A stretch of DNA of 64,000 nt from positions 868,001 to 932,000 of the forward strand of contig JAIVFI010000002.1 of assembly GCA_025558095.1 (NCBI GenBank). Reading direction: 5' to 3'. Positions within the stretch are counted from its first letter, which is position 1. Every line of letters starts with the position of its first letter. This stretch comes from Hyaloraphidium curvatum SAG 235-1 (taxonomy: Eukaryota; Fungi; Monoblepharomycota). Below are positions 59,424-64,000 of the stretch, in pieces. Below the pieces are notes generated by a model. The model searched no databases and had not been told where the DNA came from. It saw only the letters and a program-made list of their open reading frames with translations. A program made the position numbers and the translations under genes.

Positions 59424-62400
59424 TCAGCTCGCTTTGCTTCGTTTGCCCCGGAACTCGATGTCCATCAGGGCCGCCTCCTCCTCGGCCGTCAACGTGGCCG
59501 CGGATTCGCCGAGCTCTGCCTCGAGCTCAAACTCCCGATCGCTGGAAGTCCGTTTGGAGGGCGTGACGCGCCCGCTCAGGGGCGGCGGTTTCCGTTCCCG
59601 AGGCGGCGTCGTCAGGACCCCGCTCGGGTATCCCAGCGGCTTCACGCCGTTGGCAATGTCATCCTGCCCAAACGCCCGCTTCCGCGGCGATGGAGGTTCC
59701 TCTTCCTCGTCCTCCAGCGGATAGTCCACGAGGGGGCCTGGCGATGCCACCGTGGTCGCGAGAGAATTGCCCAGAGGCCCGATGCTGAGCGGCGCGCGCA
59801 CAAACTCGATGCTCTTGCGCGCCGTGAGCGGAGGCCGCCCCTTCCCATTTAGCAGGTGGTCCGTGTCCCCGTCTCCAAACGCATCCGTTGGTCTCGGCCT
59901 GGGGAGCAAGAGGGCCGGCGCCGCGTCGGGCTGGTTCTCCCCGTCCACGTTCTCCTCGTCCTCCTCGTTCTCAAAGTATGCTTCCTCGTCCTCGTCCATG
60001 AATCCAGTAGACCACCCCGAGCGGTCGGCACCCTTCCTCGCCCTTGCTGCCGGCCGAGCTCTACTGGGACGAGACGCAATCAGATTGCAGGTAGCGCAGG
60101 TCGTTACTGACGCGACTCACCCGTCTTCCTCATCCGCAGGGGCAACCCCGTTAACCTCGTGGTTTTGATCGTACCGCAACCCCAGCCGCTTCACGGTCTC
60201 GAGCGAGGATGCCTCCTCCAGAGTCTGCCGATACTGCGGCACGATGTTGTCAATGAGAGGCTTGATGTTCTCCTGGAGGTGCGGGTTCAGCCACTGCTCT
60301 GCGCCTGCAAAATCGCTAGATCCCACCTTGCCAATCAGCTCAAAAAGCTCGAGACACGCCGAGTTGATGAGGTTGTTTCGGTCCTTCACCGAAACAAAGA
60401 GCTCGACGACAGGTCCGAAGGCGTGGTTTTTGACCAGATGCCGGTTGTAGAAGTCGTCCTTCATGCCTACTTGGGTGCGGATGTATCGCAGTGCTGCGAG
60501 CCTAATATACTTCTCTTTCGCCTTGAGAAGTAACAGACTCTTTTCCGTCACGGTCGACCCCAGGATGAACTTTTTGGACGTGAAGCCGTGATTCTTGACC
60601 GCGAAACAGAGAAGCTCCAGGAGCAGGTTGCAGGTCGAAGCGATGCGCTCGTCCATGGGCAAAACACGCCCGCCGAACCGGTCCGCAACCAGCATCGAAG
60701 GCTCCAACGACGTGATCGGCTCCACAAGCTTGGCAGCACGGCGGTCGTAGAAGTCCTCGAGGAATGATTCCGAATCAGGATCATGTTTGGCATGGGAAAT
60801 CAGACCCTGTGGGAATAGTGTTAGACCCGACGCGCCGCAAACAATAACTGGAGCTTACCTCGGCCCCTTCGACCTGGTTTGTGTCGAGCATGACGCGAAT
60901 GATCTCCATCGCCTGGCCACGGATCCCGGCGTCCGGCTCCTCGTGCATCCTCGATATCAGCAGGTCCACCAAGGGCCGACCCGTCCCGTGCCGGACCTGG
61001 GCCATCGAATACGAGCGGACCATGCTCGAGTCGTGATCGAGGATGGAGGCGAGGATCGCAGCGATGGCGTTGCGGATCTGCCCATCCGAATGGTCCAGAG
61101 TGTTTTCGAACAAACCGAATAGGCCGTGTTGCGCCAAGGATCTGTTTTGGTGAATCAGCAGAAGCCGTCGGCTCAAGCGAATGAGACTCACTTGTAGAAA
61201 ACGTTGCGCGACATGACCTGCAATGTCTTTGCGATCCCGCACAGCTCGTTCAAGAACAGTATGACCTGCTTTCTCCGCTCCAAGGGCGCGTCGTCCGCCT
61301 TCAGGATGCCAAAAAGCTCGTCGAGGAAATCATCGCTCTTGGCGATGTGGTCCACGATCTCGACGTGGTTCATGAACGCCATGTGGGTCAGCGTTGCGTG
61401 GTTCGCGTCGTCAATCGTCCTGGCAAGCACGACGTCCTTCAAAAACTGGATGCGGAAGGTCTGATGGATCTTCCGCTCCACATCCTTGTCCCGGAAAGCA
61501 ACAACCAGCTTGTACTTGTTGTTGCTTTCGAGATGCCGCCGGTGGTCGAGCTGGATCCCCGGCAGCTCACGGTCGTACTCCAACGCGCCCACGACGCGCT
61601 GGATGACCTCGTCCCGAGTCACATACTCGTAGACGGTGCTGTCGTTCGTGTAGAGGATGCCGCGCACGACACCACCCAGGATTTCGAGACTATCGCGGTC
61701 CTCGAGATCCTCCAAGTCCTCGAAAAGCTGGAGCAGCTTGTCGAGGTATCGTTCCCGCAACACAAAGGCCGCCAGCTGGTCGCGAGCAAACATCGAGCCG
61801 CTCCGCCGAATGGGGCCCACCACGGCCTCGATATCGGGAAGCGACGCCGACGAAGGTTCGGGGAGGGAAATCGACTTCATGGGAACGGCAGCCTCCTCCT
61901 CTTCGTTCGCCACGGCCGGCAGATTGTCGATGTCTGCAGGGTTATGGGTGAGACCTCCGCAAAGCTTTATGAAGCGGCTCCCTGTCACAGACCTCCCGCA
62001 GCTGCTCGCAGCCTGTTCTGGACCTCCATGAGCTGGTCCCACATCCAATCACATCCCGCAGCTTCCTGGAAGCTCAGCGCGAGGTCCGTCCCATTGGCAT
62101 CAGTCCAGACAATCAGCGTGCCTTCGAAAACGAACGAGTCCATCGAGTACGTTATGGTTAGAAGTGTCATGACGCCACGACGCTGATGAAGAAGTTACCT
62201 TGCTGGCGCTGGTAGTTGTCCTCCTTCCGAACCCTGCAGTTCAGAACCATGGCATCGGTGTCCTCAGACTTGACGACGATGTGATTGGACTCTTGCTTCT
62301 GCGGTGCCGGCGAGGAAAGCGCCTGCTCAGGCGTCTGCCAGGCGCTGGGCGACCAGTCTCCGCGAACCTCGAAGTAGAAGAGGGCCACGTGGCCCACTCC

Positions 62401-62487
62401 TTGCTCCTGCCAGTTCCCGTCCGAAGACAGCTCATAGACCTTGACTCTCCTCTCCGGCGTCCTTTGCAGAAACCCGTTGGACGGCAT
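59424..62487 (-). CDS. PSY2: PP4 regulatory subunit 3 (Psy2/SMEK); multi-exon
   Basis: RRVKVYEL...WQEQGVG, YQRQQ|GTLIVWTD..DLALSFQEAAGC, VVGALEYD, KIHQTFRIQFLKDVVLAR, RNNLINSACLELF. Confidence 0.94.
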
Positions 62488-62899
62488 TGCGCGTGCCAGT
62501 CCGAGGTGCGCCTCCGACACTCAGAGGCGAGGGGAAGGAACAGAACACCGGGCGTCGGTCCTCAACATGGAACACTAGCGCTGTGCGGCTCCGCGCGTGC
62601 CGATGACGGGCCCACGGGCGTGCGAAGCGCCTGCCCTTGACGGGCTGAAAAGGCCCAGGACGGCCCAGGCCGCCGCGCGGGCGCCTTCAGGCCCCACCAC
62701 CAGGCGGCTGTGACCCCTTTAGCCGCTAGAGCCGCACGGATTGGGCGCTAGCGGGCTGGGTTGCGGGGCACGACGAGGTTTTCGGGATGGCGCGAATCGG
62801 CCCGCACGGCGGGAGGGGATCGAATGGGCCCAATCCCTCAGCCCTTCACGATTGGAGGGCGGCAGCGACGTGGCACGTCGTACTTCGAGAGATCGCCTA

Positions 62900-64000
62900 A
62901 TGATGGGGTGCCTGATGCGCGCCGTGTTGGCCGCCGCGTTCGTGATCGGCTTGGCGCAGGCAGCTGCCGGACAGAGTGCCAAGAAGGTCCTTCTCCGGGA
63001 CGTCGAAACGCTGACGCTCTACCGCGGCAAATGGACGACCGCCCGCCGAGGCAACCCCGTGAAGCAGATCTCTTGCATCAAAGGAGATGCTTGCGAACTG
63101 TTCGTTCCGGACGTGATCCAATGCAGGAACATGGGATGGGACGGCACCGACGTGACCTGGAAGTGCCACGCCGAGATGGACGAAGCGTTCAGATTCGGCG
63201 AAACGACGGTGTCGTGCGAGGGCTACTCGCGGCCGGACGACCCTTACATCCTGGGGGGCTCCTGCGGCGTCGAATACGCCCTCTACCTCACGCAGAAGGG
63301 AAAGGAGTGGAAGAATCGAAATGCCGGCGGGGGCACCTACGGCGGTCGCGCAGGCGATCAGAAACCGCGGGACTTCTACAACGAGGACGAAGTGGTGGAA
63401 GGTTGGTTGACCATCGGGAGATTCTTGCTCTATTGAGTGACGTCCGCTTTGACAGAGCCCGAGAAGACCTCTTTCCTGGGCAACTTGATCTTCTATGCGA
63501 TGGCAGCTTTCTTCCTCTACACCATACTCGGTGCCTTTTGCTTTCCGCCGCGTGGTCCGCAGGGGGCCGGCGCGGGGAGAGGAGGGTCGGGCGGGGGCGG
63601 TGGACCTGGTCCGGGTGGCGGCTGGGGTCCGGGTGGAGGAGGCGGTTACCCCGGGGGCGGTGGCCCGGGCGGAGCGAACCCTCCGCCTCCTGGTGGGTGC
63701 ATTCCCTGGTGAAGTTGCGCACCGATTTACGGGTCTTTCGCCTCAGGCAAAGGCGACGACCCGCCTCCTTACACCGCGTACCCCTCATCCTCGAGCTATT
63801 CACCAACATCTGCTGCTTCGTCTTCATCGTCTGGCCTGGGGACCGCTGGAACCTTCTTGGCCGGAGCCGCTGCAGGGGGACTCCTAAGCTCGATGTTTGG
63901 CCGGAACCGGGAGCCGCAGCAGCAACAGAGGCAGTCCTCTCGGACGATGTTTGGACACCGGAGCACGTCTCCCTCGGCCCCGCCAGCATCGTCGTTCGGA
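62900..64000 (+). CDS. SARAF/TMEM66 (DUF1183) homolog, runs off window end
   Basis: Signal peptide; KVLLRDVETLTLYRGKWTTARR..PVKQISC, DVIQCRNMGWDGTDVTWKC, VSCEGYSRPDDPYILGGSCGVEY; TM; Gly/Pro-rich tail. Confidence 0.92.

Overview
GC-rich eukaryotic DNA with densely packed genes and many short (~50-60 nt) spliceosomal introns, so the six-frame ORFs are mostly exon fragments or antisense shadows. Gene content (WC-1-type LOV photoreceptor, fungal-type ATP14 and NDUFA1, plus nicastrin) points to an early-diverging fungus such as a chytrid or monoblepharid; this is inference. About 25 conserved genes fill 0.2-14.5 kb and 27.8-64 kb: FHA-forkhead TF, TM9SF, GNA1, G3BP/BRE5, ATP14, WC-1, CDC27, URA4, nicastrin, OTU2, SEC24, CDK7, makorin, UTP7, RhoGAP, SMC4, SRP40, PRE10, NDUFA1, DBP3, NUP50, mito IF3, PSY2 and SARAF. 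Between CDC27 and URA4 lies a ~13 kb almost intron-free accessory island made only of predicted type II membrane glycosyltransferases. It holds four HxRRxD fucosyltransferase-like domains, two GT61-like domains and a GT47/exostosin fusion, along with a pseudogene, a deleted relic and non-coding repeats, one resembling a Helitron 3' end. A long URA4 intron hosts a probable box C/D snoRNA with an 18S rRNA guide (snR79-like). Gene boundaries were inferred by eye from motifs and splice signals, and family assignments come from recalled motifs rather than database searches.
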